DNA of 64,000 bases from Macrostomum hystrix (lineage: Eukaryota; Animalia; Platyhelminthes): contig CATNEN010000003.1 of the NCBI GenBank assembly GCA_950097015.1, positions 9,114,001-9,178,000 of the forward strand. The letters are read 5' to 3'. Numbering within the stretch: the first letter of the stretch is position 1; every line of letters starts with the position of its first letter. Positions 38,190 to 51,900 of this stretch are shown piece after piece. A model generated the notes under the pieces. It was not told where the DNA came from. It was given only the letters and a program-made list of their open reading frames with translations, and made no database searches. Both the position numbers and the translations under genes were made by a program.

Positions 38190-39510
38190 GGGCATGGTGG
38201 CTGTCGAATGGAAGGATTGGGGTGGGGATGATGGCTGACGAATGGAAGGATTGGGTAGGGAATGGCTGTCGAATGCAAGGATTGGGTAGGGAATAGTGGC
38301 TGACGAATGGAAGGATAGGGGTGGGGATTGGGGTGGGGATTGGGGTGGGGATGATGGCTTACGAATGAAAGGATTGGGTCGGGAATAGTGGCTGACGAAT
38401 CGAAGGATAGGGGTGGGGATGATGGCTTACGAATGAAAGGATTAGGTAGGGAATAGTGGCTGACGAATAGAAGGATTGGGTAGGGAATGGTGGCTGACGA
38501 ATGGAAGGATTGGATAGCGAATGGTGGCTGACAAATGGAAGGATTGGATAGGGAATGGTGGCTGACGAATGGAAGGATTGGGTGGGGAATAGTTTTAGCT
38601 GCTAAAAGGAAGGATTGGGGTGGGGATGATGGCTTACGAATGGAAGGATTGGGTAGGGAATGGTGGCTGACGAATGGAAGGATGGGGGTGGGGATTGGGG
38701 TGGGGATGATGGCTTACGAATGAAAGGATTGGGTAGGGAATGGTGGCTGACGAATGGAAGGATTGGGTGGGGAATAGTAGCTGCTAAAAGGAAGGATTGG
38801 GGTGGGGATGATGGCTTACGAATGGAAGGATTGGGTAGGGAATGGTGGCTGACGAATGGAAGGATTGGGTGGGGAATAGTAGCTGCTAAAAGGAAGGATT
38901 GGGGTGGGGATGATGGCTTACGAATGGAAGGATTGGGTAGGGAATGGTGGCTGACGAATGGAAGGATTGGGTAGGGAATGGTGGCTGACGAATGGAAGGA
39001 TTGGGTAGGGAATGGTGGCTGACGAATGGAAGGATTGGGTAGGGAATGGTTGCTGACGAATGGAAGGATTGGGTAGGGAATGGTGGCTGACGAATGGAAG
39101 GATTGGGTAGGGAATGGTGGCTGATGAATGGAAGGATTGGGTAGGGAATGGTGGCTGACGAATGGAAGGATTGGGTGGGGAATAGTAGCTGCTAAAAGGA
39201 AGGATTGGGGTGGGGATGATGGCTTACGAATGGAAGGATTGGGTAGGGAATGGTGGCTGACGAATGGAAGGATTGGGTAGGGAATGGTGGCTGACGAATG
39301 GAAGGATTGGGTAGGGAATGGTGGCTGACGAATGGAAGGATTGGGTAGGGAATGGTTGCTGACGAATGGAAGGATTGGGTAGGGAATGGTGGCTGACGAA
39401 TGGAAGGATTGGGTAGGGAATGGTGGCTGATGAATGGAAGGATTGGGTAGGGAATGGTGGCTGACGAATGGAAGGATTGGGTATGGATGACGGCCGATGA
39501 ATTGAAGGAT
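38190..39510. repeat. 34-bp G-rich minisatellite (GAATGGAAGGATTGGGTAGGGAATGGTGGCTGAC)n
   Basis: About 38 units, including recurring variant blocks. Confidence 0.97.
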
Positions 39511-39948
39511 TTGGTGATAGAAGAAGCCACAGCAGGAACACTAACAAGTATATCGTGCCTTGAAAGTTGGTTTTTTTCAGTTTTATTAAGGAATATTCAA
39601 GCGGTTATATTCAAGAGCTTAGGTGACCCCATACGGACGTTCGGACAATAAGAGAAAAGAGCAGGCCAGTACAGAACAGAACATAACATTATACTTTAGT
39701 AATAAATAAAGAAGCCGTGTTAAATAAAGGGTAAATGCCAGTGGTTTGGGGTTGCTTAGTTTATCGATTAATTTTAGGCACCCCGCCGGGCTGGCTGGAG
39801 GGTGGGTGGGTGGCATTTTATGCCCTCCCCCTTCTTCCAGAGCAAGAGATATGGCAAGAGAGAAGGGGTTGACCTCACACTCCATCCATGGCTTGCAGAC
39901 TTCTCTATATCTGTTTTTGTGTTTAAACAAGCCTCGATTGCCTTATAG

Positions 39949-42870
39949 ATTAAGTCAATACAGAAAATAGGAATGATTAGAAACGAAAACAACAGCCAGT
40001 CCACTTCAACGACTGTCTACAATCTGGTAAAGTGCGAGAATTGTCACAGCGTGCAGATTCTATTGATTGACGCTGCATCGGCCCGTAACAGCAGTAACAG
40101 AAGCTGGGTTTGCTACGCCTGCGGCAGCAGTTCGCTTTGGTGCCTGAATCAGAAGAGTAGCAAGCCGCCAATTGCTATACCTTGTTTGGTAAGTCTGTTT
40201 ATTTTTAGGCCTAAATATAAAAGTGTGTCACTGGTTGATTAATATTTAAACGATTACCATGATTTCACCTGCGAGTTATAAGTCATTGATAGTCCATAAC
40301 AAGATACGAGTATATACGAGGGGTCGGCAAACTTATCAGTGTGCGGGCAATGGATAGAACCTAAAAGACGACAGCTGGCCACATTGACTGTTGGAATATG
40401 AGAAAGAGGAGAAATGAAACAGCAAGACACAGGGCAGATAAGACACGGGAGAGATGAGACTAGGGAGAGATGAGACAAGGGAGAGACGAGACATGAGAGG
40501 GATGAGACACAGAAGAGATGAGACACAGGGAGAGATGAGACACAGGAGAGATAAGACACAGGAGAGATGAGACACGAGAGAGATGAGACACAGGAGAGAT
40601 AAGACACAGGAGAGATGAGACACGAGAGAGATAAGACACAGGAGAGATGAGACACGAGAGAGATGAGACACAGGAGAGATGAGACACGGGAGAGATGAGA
40701 CACGGAAGAGATGAGACAAGGGAGAGATGAGACACGGGAGAGATGAGACAAGGGAGAGATGAGACACAGGAGAGACGAGACATGAGAGGGATGTGACACA
40801 GAAGAGATGAGACACAGGGAGAGATGAGACACAGGAGAGATAAGACACAGGAGAGATGAGACACGAGAGAGATGAGACACGAGAGAGATAAGACACGGGA
40901 GAGATGAGACACAGGGAGAGATGAGACACGCGAGAGATAAGACACAGGAGAGATGAGACACAGGAGAGATAAGACACGGGAGAGATGAGACACGAGAGAG
41001 ATAAGACACAGGAGAGATGAGACACAGGAGAGATGAGACACGAGAGAGATGAGACACAGGGAGAGATGAGACACTGGAGAGATGAGACACGGGAGATAAG
41101 ACATGGGAGAGATGAGACATTTGAAATACCCCGTGGTCTTACCCCAGGGAGAAAAATAGCGTGGTCTTACTACTGTTAAGGCTAATCTAATTATTATTAT
41201 ATTATTGGTCTGGTAATGTTATCTAATTGACATAATTGGAGTATTTGTAGACATAGACACGTCTGTATCAATAATAGTATATTAGACCCGTCACGCGACC
41301 CGATTCGCGTGACCCGTCACGTGATTCCTCAGATCTAACCTACCCTGAATCCTCAGGCTCTATCTAACCCGTCCCTGAATCCTCAGGCTCTATCTAACCC
41401 GTCCCTGAATCCTCAGGCTCTATCTAACCCTTCCCCGAATCCTCAGAGGGTCTGGTCTAACAAACCCTTCCCCGAATCCTGAATCTTGAACTATTCTCAC
41501 CAATCCTCGACACCCGATTTCTGATTCAGCTTCAATCGCCTCCGCTGACCGTGTCGTCGATTCTGGCCGACATTGACGCTGTGAATGTTGCCAGCTTCGG
41601 TCGCGTTCTAGACAACCTGCAGGACGTTCTCCAGGCGGGCGTTGGCCGCCTCAGCGGTCTGTCGGCTCAACTTGAAGCCGGCGCCGACCCGCGCCAAGTC
41701 ACGGAGGCGTTCCGTCGCTACTATCGTCAGGAACTGTTCGACCGGCTAGCTAGCCAGGTGTGCCGCGAAGCAAGCGATGTCGCCGCGATCACCAGCGCTG
41801 CGGGCGCTCCCTATGAGCTAGCTCATGAAAAGGTTCAGGCTCTAAATTTGACAGTGTCCTCTAATGGTGACTCTAGAGCGCATGATCAACAACTGTCGAC
41901 TATTAATCTGACAGCTTCACAAGGTAGCAACATGCCCTACCTATCACCCGACGTAACAGTTTCGTCTTCAGTGCAGCTGCCATTCTCCACAGGCTCAGCT
42001 GTGTGGCAATGGTCTTCACCTAGCACTGGTACCAACATCGTGTCACTGATCAGGCCGCTTTTTTCATCTGGTGGCGTTCTTTCAGGAGTGCAGCCGCACT
42101 TAAACTCGAACGCTTCGCCAGGAGTGCAGACGCACTTTAACTCGAACGCTTCGCCAGAAGTGCGGACGCACTTTAACTCGAACGCTTCGCCAGAAGTGCG
42201 GACGCACTTTAACTCGAACGCTTCGCCAGAAGTGCGGACGCACTTTAACTCGAACGCTTCGCCAGGAGTGCAGCCGCACTTTAACTTTAGTGCATCGACA
42301 GCTGTTCAGCAACAGCTAAACTTGAACGCAACACCAATAGTGCAGCCGCACTTTAACTTTAGTGCATCGACAGCTGTTCAGCAACAGCTAAACTTGAACG
42401 CAACACCAATAGTGCAGCCGCACTTTAACTTAATCGCATCGAGAGCTGTTCAACAAAAGCTAAACTTGAACGCACCACCGGCTGTGCAAACGCATCACAA
42501 TTTCAACGCTTCGCCAAGACTTCCGTCGCAATTTAGCTTGAACGCTTCAATAGGTGTGCAACAGCCATTAGCTAGCAACATAACATCGTTACCGCTACGA
42601 GTGCAGCAGGCAGTTTTCTTACCGAATAGTAACCTAATGCCCACTATGCTACCTGTGCAGCACACTCATCAACCAGTTGATCTATCGTTTCAACCACTTG
42701 CTGCTCGGGTTTTGTCGGAAATCAATTCGGCTCCAGTTTTAGCGCCGTCTCAGTCGTCGCATCCGGTTGCGCTAAAGAGGCATAAAGCCGCGAAGAAGGG
42801 CTCAAATAAGCCGAAGAAGTCGCAGACGCTGTTGGATCTCGCTGGTGATGATGATTCAGACTGCCACTAA
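39949..42870 (+). CDS. Uncharacterised protein: CxxC-x19-CxxC zinc-ribbon exon, helical region, 12-aa repeats and basic C-terminus
   Basis: Exon 39949/39973-40188 (CENC...CYAC, ends TTG|GTAAGT) splices in phase 0 to 41530-42870 (TTCAG|CTT), which is open for 446 codons. The 5' end is unresolved; a candidate upstream exon ends at 38122 (CAG|GTAAGC). Confidence 0.6.
40420..41120. repeat. ~18-bp purine-rich minisatellite (GAGAGATGAGACACAG/G)n, intronic
   Basis: Directly visible. Confidence 0.95.
41334..41480. repeat. 30-bp repeat (TCTAACCCGTCCCTGAATCCTCAGGCTCTA)n
   Basis: About 4 units near the intron 3' end. Confidence 0.85.
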
Positions 42871-42927
42871 GTTTTTGAGGACTAATAAATCTGACTTCTG
42901 GTAAACAGCCGATCAATTTTTCGAAAC

Positions 42928-43820
42928 TTGATGAGGGAATGTGTGGCATCTTGATAAGGGAATGTGTTACATCCTGAAGAGGAATGTGTGACATCTTGAT
43001 GAGGGAATGTGTGACATATTGATGAGGGAATGTGTGACATCTTGATAAGGGAATGTGTGACATCTTGATGAGGGAATGTGTGACATATTGATGAGGGAAT
43101 GTGTGACATCTTGATAAGGGAATGTGTGACATCTTGATAAGGGAATGTGTGACATATTGATGAGGGAATGTGTGACATCTTGATGAGGGAATGTGTTACA
43201 TCTTGATGAGGGAATGTGTGGCATCTTGATAAGGGAATGTGTGGCATCTTGATGAGGGAATGTGTTACATCTTGATGAGGGAATGTGTGGCATCTTGATG
43301 AGGGAATGTGTGGCATCTTGATAAGGGAATGTGTTACATCCTGAAGAGGAATGTGTGACATCTTGATGAGGGAATGTGTGACATCTTGATAAGGGAATGT
43401 GTTACATCCTGATGAGGAATGTGTGACATCTTGATGAGGGAATGTGTTACATCTTGATGAGGGAATGTGTGGCATCTTGATGAGGGAATGTGTTACATCT
43501 TGATGAGGGAATGTGTTACATCTTGATGAGGGAATGTGTGGCATCTTGATAAGGGAATGTGTTACATCCTGATAAGGGAATGAGTGACATCTTGATAAGG
43601 TAATGTGTTACATCCTGATGAGGAATGTGTGACATCTTGATGAGGGAATGTGTGACATCTTGATAAGGGAATGTGTTACATCCTGATGAGGGAATGTGTG
43701 ACATCTTGATAAGGGAATGTGTGACATCTTGATGAGGGAATGTGCGGCATCTTGATAAGGGAATGAGTGACATCTTGATAAGGGAATGTGTTACATCCTG
43801 ATGAGGGAATGTGTGACATT
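42928..43820. repeat. 23-bp minisatellite (TGATGAGGGAATGTGTGACATCT)n
   Basis: About 39 units right after the 42870 stop. Confidence 0.97.
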
Positions 43821-44196
43821 GACATGGGATAATTTTAGGAGCGTAGTTAAGTTGTTTGCATTTAATCTGCTTATAATAATAATCGATTTGCGTATTTTAG
43901 CAAATATTTCTTTACAGCTCGTTACAAAACTCTTTGTAGTTGGTTTGTAAGCGCTAAATATAGATTATTTTTTGTGTTTTTTCTTCAAACTTTCCAGTTC
44001 TTTTATCGCAGTGGATATTAAATTTAATAAGGTTATATTTTTTACTTACTGTAATTAAGTACAGAAATTCAGTGCAAACATTAATAAACGATAAATACAA
44101 GGTAAATAAAGCAATTAATAAACTTTGAATTAGCCCCAGTTAAACAACTTTTAATTTGTAAGTTTTCAAACCGTGTTATACCTTTTATTAGGAAGA

Positions 44197-44792
44197 GAGA
44201 CTCACCTTCAGTCTCAGGTAGACAGACTCTCACCCTCAGTATCAGGTAGACAGACTCTCACCTTCAGTCTCAGGTAGACAGACTCTCACCCTCAGTATCA
44301 GGTAGACAGACTCTCACCTTCAGTCTCAGGTAGACAGACTCTCACCCTCAGTCTCAGGTAGACAGACTCTCACCCTCAGTCTCAGGTAGACAGACTCTCA
44401 CCCTCAGTATCAGGTAGACAGACTCTCACCTTCAGTCTCAGGTAGACAGACTCTCACCCTCAGTCTCAGGTAGACAGACTCTCACCCTCAGTCTCAGGTA
44501 GACAGACTCTCACCCTCAGTCTCAGGTAGACAGACTCTCACCCTCAGTCTCAGGTAGACAGACTCTCACCCTCAGTATCAGGTAGACAGACTCTCACTCT
44601 CAGTATCGATCAGGTAGACAGACTCTCACCCTCAGTCTCAGGTAGACAGACTCTCACTCTCAGTATCGATCAGGTAGACAGACTCTCACCCTCAGTCTCA
44701 GGTAGACAGACTCTCACCCTCAGTCTCAGGTAGACAGACTCTCACTCTCAGTCTCAGGTAGACAGACTCTCACCCTCAGTCTCAGGTAGACA
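44197..44792. repeat. 28-bp minisatellite (GACAGACTCTCACCCTCAGTCTCAGGTA)n
   Basis: About 21 units. Confidence 0.97.
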
Positions 44793-45970
44793 TACTAAGG
44801 TAGATAGACAGATTAATGTCCTAGGTAAATGACTCATTTTAAAACATCAATAATCATTCGCCAGGGCTAGCAATAATCAAAACTTCAATAACTTATAATT
44901 TAGTTTTTTATTTCTATCAGAAAAAAAATATCGCTATCGCCTGTACCTCACTCATCAGCCAGAAATAAATGATCAGGGTTCCTTTAGTAGGTGAAAGAGT
45001 ACATGTGCAGGTGCATGTTGTTTTGGTTGCGGCTATGGCAAAATGGATTTTCTCGACATCAGAATATATGTAAAAGAAGATTAATACTGCAGGTATATGA
45101 AACTGACTTATTTGCTACAGGATATAATTAGTCATAGACCTAAAAAATTAATGAAAAAAACACGAAGCGCAGAACAATTAAAAATTGGATGAAGATAATT
45201 GGTTTGATAGCTCGACTTATAAACGTGTTTACTAAAACGGCAAGTCCCACAGGCGAAGAAACATATTATAATTAATTAACTATTAACTAGAAGGCTATAA
45301 TGGCATGGCAACAAGCTAAACGAAGCGACAATCCGAAAGATAAATTATCTTTTCTCATAATAATTTAGCGGTCTCGTAGTGAAAAAGAAGATTTTTTCCA
45401 ACGAAATAAGCTTTCAAAGAAAGAAGAAAGAGTAGCGGAAGAAGGAAAGTGGGTGCAAGAAGACATTGTTTCAAGGTCTTCGCCAGAAAGGAGTGAAGCG
45501 ATGCTGTTTTTTTGCGACCGAAAGCAAGCGAACGGGGGTATATAACGGTGGGTTAAAAGCATTCTTTATTGGACAATAGAAAACTTGACAAACTGCCAGA
45601 AATAACGTGTCGGTTGTCCAAATAACAAAAGGATAATTCTAAGGACAGTTTAAAACAAAAATACCGATTGTTAGAATTACTGCGGCAAAGATTCGAAGGA
45701 TATAAAATAAATAAGGTCGACAAATTGGTAGACTGCCTCTATTTTATGCGCAATTTTTTTTATTCCGAAATTTGTCTTACGGTTCTATTTGACCGGATAA
45801 ACTTGATGTCTGATAAAGCACTACAATTACTAACTGCTGGTGGATTCTAGTAACCCGAAAGCCTCCTGACAACAGGGGAATCTCGATAATATTAGCTACA
45901 AGTCCACAGGTATTAGGGTTAATTTAAGTAGCATCCTTGTCCTTTCCTTGCAGATTTCCTTGCAGTCGTT

Positions 45971-48900
45971 TTAAAGGGCATTTGAGCCCCTGGTGATCTT
46001 GTGACCCGAGCTGCTGCTGTTCATCTCTCGGGTGACACTGATCGATCGAATCACTGTGCCACCGCCGGAGCGCACAGACATTGTCCGCTCGGCCACCTCT
46101 GCGCGGTGCTCCGCTTCCTCCGCCACCTGCTGAGCTTTGCGGTACTTGCTGATGGCCGCTGCCGAGGCCTCCTCCTGCGGATTGGCGTCGAGAAGTATCA
46201 TAAAGTCGACGGAGTTGATTTAGCGTGTTTTTTGGGGATAATATTTACCGACTTTCGATAGTTAGAATTTAGATTGTCATTGCTTAGATTATTGTTGTTT
46301 CTGGCTATTTTCCGTTTGGCTGTCGTTATTTTGGCTCTTGCTAGTTTGACTGTTCTTAGTATGGTTCTTGTTAGTTTGGTTGTTATTTAGTTTGGTTCTT
46401 GTTAGTTTGGTTGTTGTTTAATTTGCTTGCTTTGCTGGGTTTGGTTTGTTTGGTTTGCTGGGATAATTGAGGGTGGGTGTGGCGTCCCCCCAGTCCATGG
46501 ACTGAACAGCCGTACGCAGCCTTCAGATGCGCCGCGCAATAGCTGCGGCTGTGCTGTCGACTGCAAATCTGGCCCTATTGGGGCAGGTGTAATAAATTAT
46601 ATTATTATTATGGTTGTTGTTTAGTGTGGTTCTTGTTAGCTTGGTTGTTGTTTAGCATGGTGGTTGCTAGTGTTGTTGTTAGGTTGACTATTGTTAGTTG
46701 GGCAGTTGTTTGTTTAATTGTGTTGTTTATTTGGCTGCTTTTTGGTTTGTTTGCCGATGAAATGCAAACCAGAGCATTCCGCTTTACTTTGGCAGTTCTT
46801 GTAAGTTGAGTTGTTTGGTTGGGCTGCTGTTAGCTCTGATTTTCTCGGTTGTTGAGAATTCAGCGGAGCCCTACAAAGACTCACCGACTCTTCAACCTGC
46901 CGCTTGTAGGCCTTGATCTTGAGCTGAGCTTTGCCCAGCAGGTCGTGCAGCTCAATGTTGACTAGCCGCTCCTCTTCAGCCTGAGCAAAGGCCTCCTTCA
47001 CCTGACGCTCCAGCTTCTTGATGACTGCCTGAAGCTCGCGAGACCGGCGCTGCTCGGCGTCCAGCTCGACCTCGAGCTCCCGAACTCGCTCCTGCAGGCG
47101 CTGGGCGACTCGCTTGCTCTCGCGCGAGGCCAACGATTCGGACTCCTCCAGCTTGACCGTCACCTCGCGGATCTCGATCTGTAGGGGGTTGTGCGGGTAA
47201 AATTTAGAAAACGCTCTAATCCTTCAGCGTCATCTTGATCCGTTGAACATCCGGATACACCACTTTCGCCTCCCAGTGCATCAAAATGATCCCCACCTCC
47301 AGCTGTCGGCGCAGACCCTCGGCCACCCGGTAGTTCTCCTGCTCGGCGCGCAGCTCGTCAGCCAGTCGCTGCACCTCGCCAGCCAGCCGGTTGGCTCGGT
47401 CCAGCTCGGCGGCCCTGCCACTCTGGGCGTCCTCCAGCTCCGACTGCAGAGATGCCAGCTCGCCCTCCAGTCGACGCTTGTCGCTGCCGGATGCCTGCAG
47501 CTGGACAGTGAGCTCGGTGACGCGAACCCCGGCGTCCTGCAGCTCGGACTCGGCCTTCTTGCGCCCGCGCTCTGCGGCCTCGTAGACGGTGCGCAGCTCG
47601 TTCAGCTCCGATTGCAGCGCGGAGCGACGCTTCTCGCCAGCGGAGAGGGCGCCCTGGGCGACCTCGTTGGCTCGGCGCTCATCCTCCAGCAGGACCTCCA
47701 GCTCTTGAATGCGGTTCAGCAGACTCTTGTTCTCCTTAGCCAGGTTCTGAGATTGTTGCGGTTGTGAATGCAATATTAGATAATGTTCAGTTTTACTGGT
47801 TTTAAAAATTCACCTGTGTCGTGGCACAAACATACCTGATTAGCTCTGTTGGCCCCATCTAACTGAGCCTCGAGCTCCAGCACCGTGGACTCAAGGTGCT
47901 TCCTCAGCCTGCTGACCTCCGACTTATGCTTGGACTCCAGGTCACTCAGTGCGGCTTGAAGCTCTTCAACAGTGCGCTGGCTGCTACGACGCAGGCTGTC
48001 CAGCTCGGACTCCTTCTCGGCTAGGCGAGCTTCCAGATCAGAGCGCAGACGCGCCAGGGCGTCAGCGGTTGCCTGCTGCTTCTGGGTCAGCTCGCGGACA
48101 GCCTCCTCGGCGTCGCGCAGAGACCCGGCGAAAGAATCGCGCGCGGCCTCGGCCTCGGCCCGGCCGGCTTCGGATTCGGCTAGACGGCGGGCCAGGTCGC
48201 GATTAATGGAGTTGGCCTCCTTAAGACTGCCGGCCAGTTGGGCATTGTCCCGCTCCAGTTGGACGATTCTATCGTCGGCAGACTTCAAGGATTTGCGCAT
48301 CTTGGCCAGCTCAGACTGCTGGGACTGCAGGGTGGCATGCAGAGCAGCGTTCTCCGAGGTCAGCTCTTCGATGCGCAGGGTGAGCTGACTGACAGTAGCC
48401 TCCGACTGCTTAACCTGCGAGGCCAGCTCCGCGTTGGCCGCCTGTTGACGGAGGTGTTGCCATCAAGATTTACTGCGTATCGGAATGTGGTTTGCTCTGC
48501 TTCTTGTTTTCTAATTTCGTACGTTACGTGTGTGAATGAAAGTGAATGTCAGTGCGGTTCAACGCGTTTGCCTCTCGAACCAAGGTCCCCGGGGATCGGA
48601 TTTCGCGGCGAGTCCACAATGTGCCTTGGGGCTTGTCGTACAAAATTTATGGCATATTGGGTCATTGCCCACAGCCCTCCTGCAAGTATGATTAGATATT
48701 CCTAATGGGTATGTAATTCCAAGCTTAATTAGCTTTTTTCATACATTGATTGGCAATACAGAAATTCGGAACTATGGTTGAAAAGTCATTTTAGCTCATA
48801 TAAACATCCAACCACAACGACCTAGACATTTAGCTACAAAAACTTGATTTTCAACAGTGATTAGCTGTTGTCAAAGGAGCTGTGGGGCCTAACAGACCTG

Positions 48901-51900
48901 TAGCGCGTCAGTGTCGCCCTGCAGAGCCTTGAGCTCAACCAGCAGCTGCTGCCTCGACCGGTCCAAGTTGTTCGCCCGGCTTCGCTCCCGTTCAGCAATG
49001 TCTTCTAGCTCCGTGACCTTCACAGTCAGCTTGCGCCTGGAGTGCAGGGAAAGAAAAACGATTGGCAAACCTAACAAGTAATAAAAAATATTGGCGCTTC
49101 GTTTTGGCGCAGACGTCAGGCACTGTACACGTACCAATACGCACGACGCGTACCGATCCGCCACTCACCTGACCTCCTCGAACTCTTCCACTCGGCTAAC
49201 AAAGTCCCGCTCGTATTTCGCGCGCAGAGCGGCCAGCTCAGAGTTGAGCCGGTTGATATTCACCCGCAGTGAGGCCGCCTCTTCGCTCTCCTCCTCGTAC
49301 TTGGCCTGCAGGTTGTAGTACTCCTGCTGCACCGAGATCAGCTGCGTCTGCAGGCCGCTTCGAGACTACAGGACGAGGTTTGAAGCATTGTGCTGTGAGC
49401 TGCACTGTTTACCTTGTTTTTCACCGTTGCCCCGTTCCGTCTCAGAGTTCGTTGTGCCCTCCTGACCCATCCGCCCCAGCCCCTAATCCGGTTTTCCGGG
49501 GCTTGTGGTCGTTAATCCCCGGTGTTCTCTGATTGGTTGGGGCCTCTCGTTCGCCCTCTCCCTGCCGCGGCTCTGGGTAATCATGCCCTACCCGCCCCAA
49601 ATCCGGCGGCCGACACAAACCGGTTCTGCGTGGCCAGGTCGGCGCCCCATTGGTCAGCCTCGCCCCACCTTTCTCTGTCTGCCCCGTCTCAGTCGTTCAC
49701 ACCCATTTAGTGCGTGTATTAATGGCGCACCGCGTGACCTCCCCCCTCCACACGAGTGCGGCGCCAGCCTTTCGCACTGCGGCCATTGATTAGCTTAAGA
49801 ATAGAGCAGATGTTCGTAGTTCGCCTCTCCTCTTCCTCTTTTCCACGGTAAACTCAGGGAGGTCCAGAACTCGAACCCCTTGCATAAATAGCATAAAGTT
49901 TGATAGTGGCGCATTTCCATGAGCGGAAATTTCAGTAAGACCCAAAGAAAGCCTACCCTAGCCTCCTCGTCCAGGCTCTTCTTCATCTCCTCCAGTTGCG
50001 CCTGCAGGGAGGACCTGGCCTTAGCCAAACTAGACACCTGCGACTCGCAGTCGTGAGCCGTGCGTTGAAGCTGCCCGTTGTCCGCCTGCAGCCTGGAGTG
50101 CGACTCCTGCAGAGAGCGCAGCTGGCCGGCTAGCTCGTCGTTTTGAGCTCGAAGTCGAGCGAGCTGAGCCTCGAAACCGTCCAGCTTTGATTCCACGGAG
50201 CTCTGCGGGTGGTGATGAAGAAGCCATAGACTCTCTTTGACACCTGAACACACACGCACACACTAGAATTTGTAACCTAGTGTTTAGAGCGTCAGACTTG
50301 CCGCTTGAAGGTCGGGGCTCAATTCCCAATTAAATTGTTTTTTGTTAACCCCACAGTCCATGGACTGATGTGCAAATGTATGCAGCCTTCAGATGCGCCA
50401 CGCAATAGCTGCGGCTGTGATAAGGTCAAGGATTTATACTGACTCCTTATCGTAAGGCAGAGTACACTCTCACTGTGCCTTGGAGGTTGGCCCTCAAGGG
50501 CGTCAATTTACGACAAGCCCCCAAGACTTCTCTACGCGGCTGCGCCTGCCCTAAATAAATATGACCTCGCCGCAGCCTAATCAAGCCTCACCTTTGCCTT
50601 GACCGCCAGATCCAACTGTCCCGCCAGGCTGTCCAGCTCCGCCAATAGAGCCGCCTTCTCTTTCTCTAGTCTCGACCTCAGCTTTCGTAGAGCTTCAACT
50701 TCGTCATTGAGTTCGGCAATGTTGACGGTGTACTTCTTCTTGATGGTGACCTCCAGCGACTCCAGCTGAGCGTTGGCTGCCTCCAACTCTTTGCGCACCT
50801 TCTGCAGCTCGAGGTCCCGACGCCTGACGGCCTCCTGCGCCTGGGCGGTGATGTTGTCCGCCTCCTCGATGCGCTCGCTGGCCGATTCGAGTTGGAAATT
50901 GAACTCGCCGATCACCCGCTCAGACTGTTCGAGGGGTGGGTTGTGAAATTTTAGCCCTTCACTAAAGAAATTTAGCGGGTTCATGAAGATCTGGACAGTC
51001 TCGTATCGTCTGTAAGACTCACCCGAACTCTGGCATCGCGTTCAAACTGCAGCAGATCTTCCAGCTCCTTGATTCGATTCTGCAACGACAAGCGATGTAA
51101 GGCTTAGCTAGCCTATCGTCACTCTAGCTGTCACTCCTGTCATCACTCTAAATGTCACTCGTATCGTCACTCTAGATGTCACTCATATCGTCAGTCCAGA
51201 TGTCACTCCAATCGTTACTCTAGATGTCACTCCAATCGTTACTCTTGATGTCACTCCTATCGTAACTCTAGATGTCACTCCAATCATCACTCTTCAATCA
51301 TCCATCTGCAGTTTTTATCCTCAAAGATAATCTCAGTCCAATCCTCACCTCCAGCCTCGACTGACTAGCCGGTGACAGACCACGGTAGACCTGGCGAGTC
51401 AAGGTGGTAGTGCTGGACTCCTGCACAGTCCTCGAGCTCCTGCTGCCGCCGCCACTTCCCGAGCTCATGGTGATCTCCGTGGTTCTGATTTACGGTCGGA
51501 CGAAATATTTTAGAAAAAAAAGAAATAAATTTATTTGAAAAATTCGAAACGAAATCGCGAACAAAGAGAAATCACGGAGCCTCTAAAAGCGCTATCCGCT
51601 GGCTAAATAGATTTTTGTAGGCTTGTTTTAGAAAGGCTTGTTAATACTTCGTTTCGTTTCGTTCGTTCAATACATTTCGCGTCAGCTTCGGACCAATACC
51701 CACCATCCAAGCATGTACCGGCCCTCAAAACCACATTTCCTTATTAGTTCATCCCTTTGGCAGCAGCAGCAGCAGCAGTTGCGCTGCCTGTTTGGCCTAC
51801 CTCTCGTCTAGAAAGCTGCAGGGTTTCTGGTTCGAGGTTGATTTTTAGCTGCAGACGCAAGAAAATCCATGTTCCGAGGGGCCACAAAACGACCTTCGTA

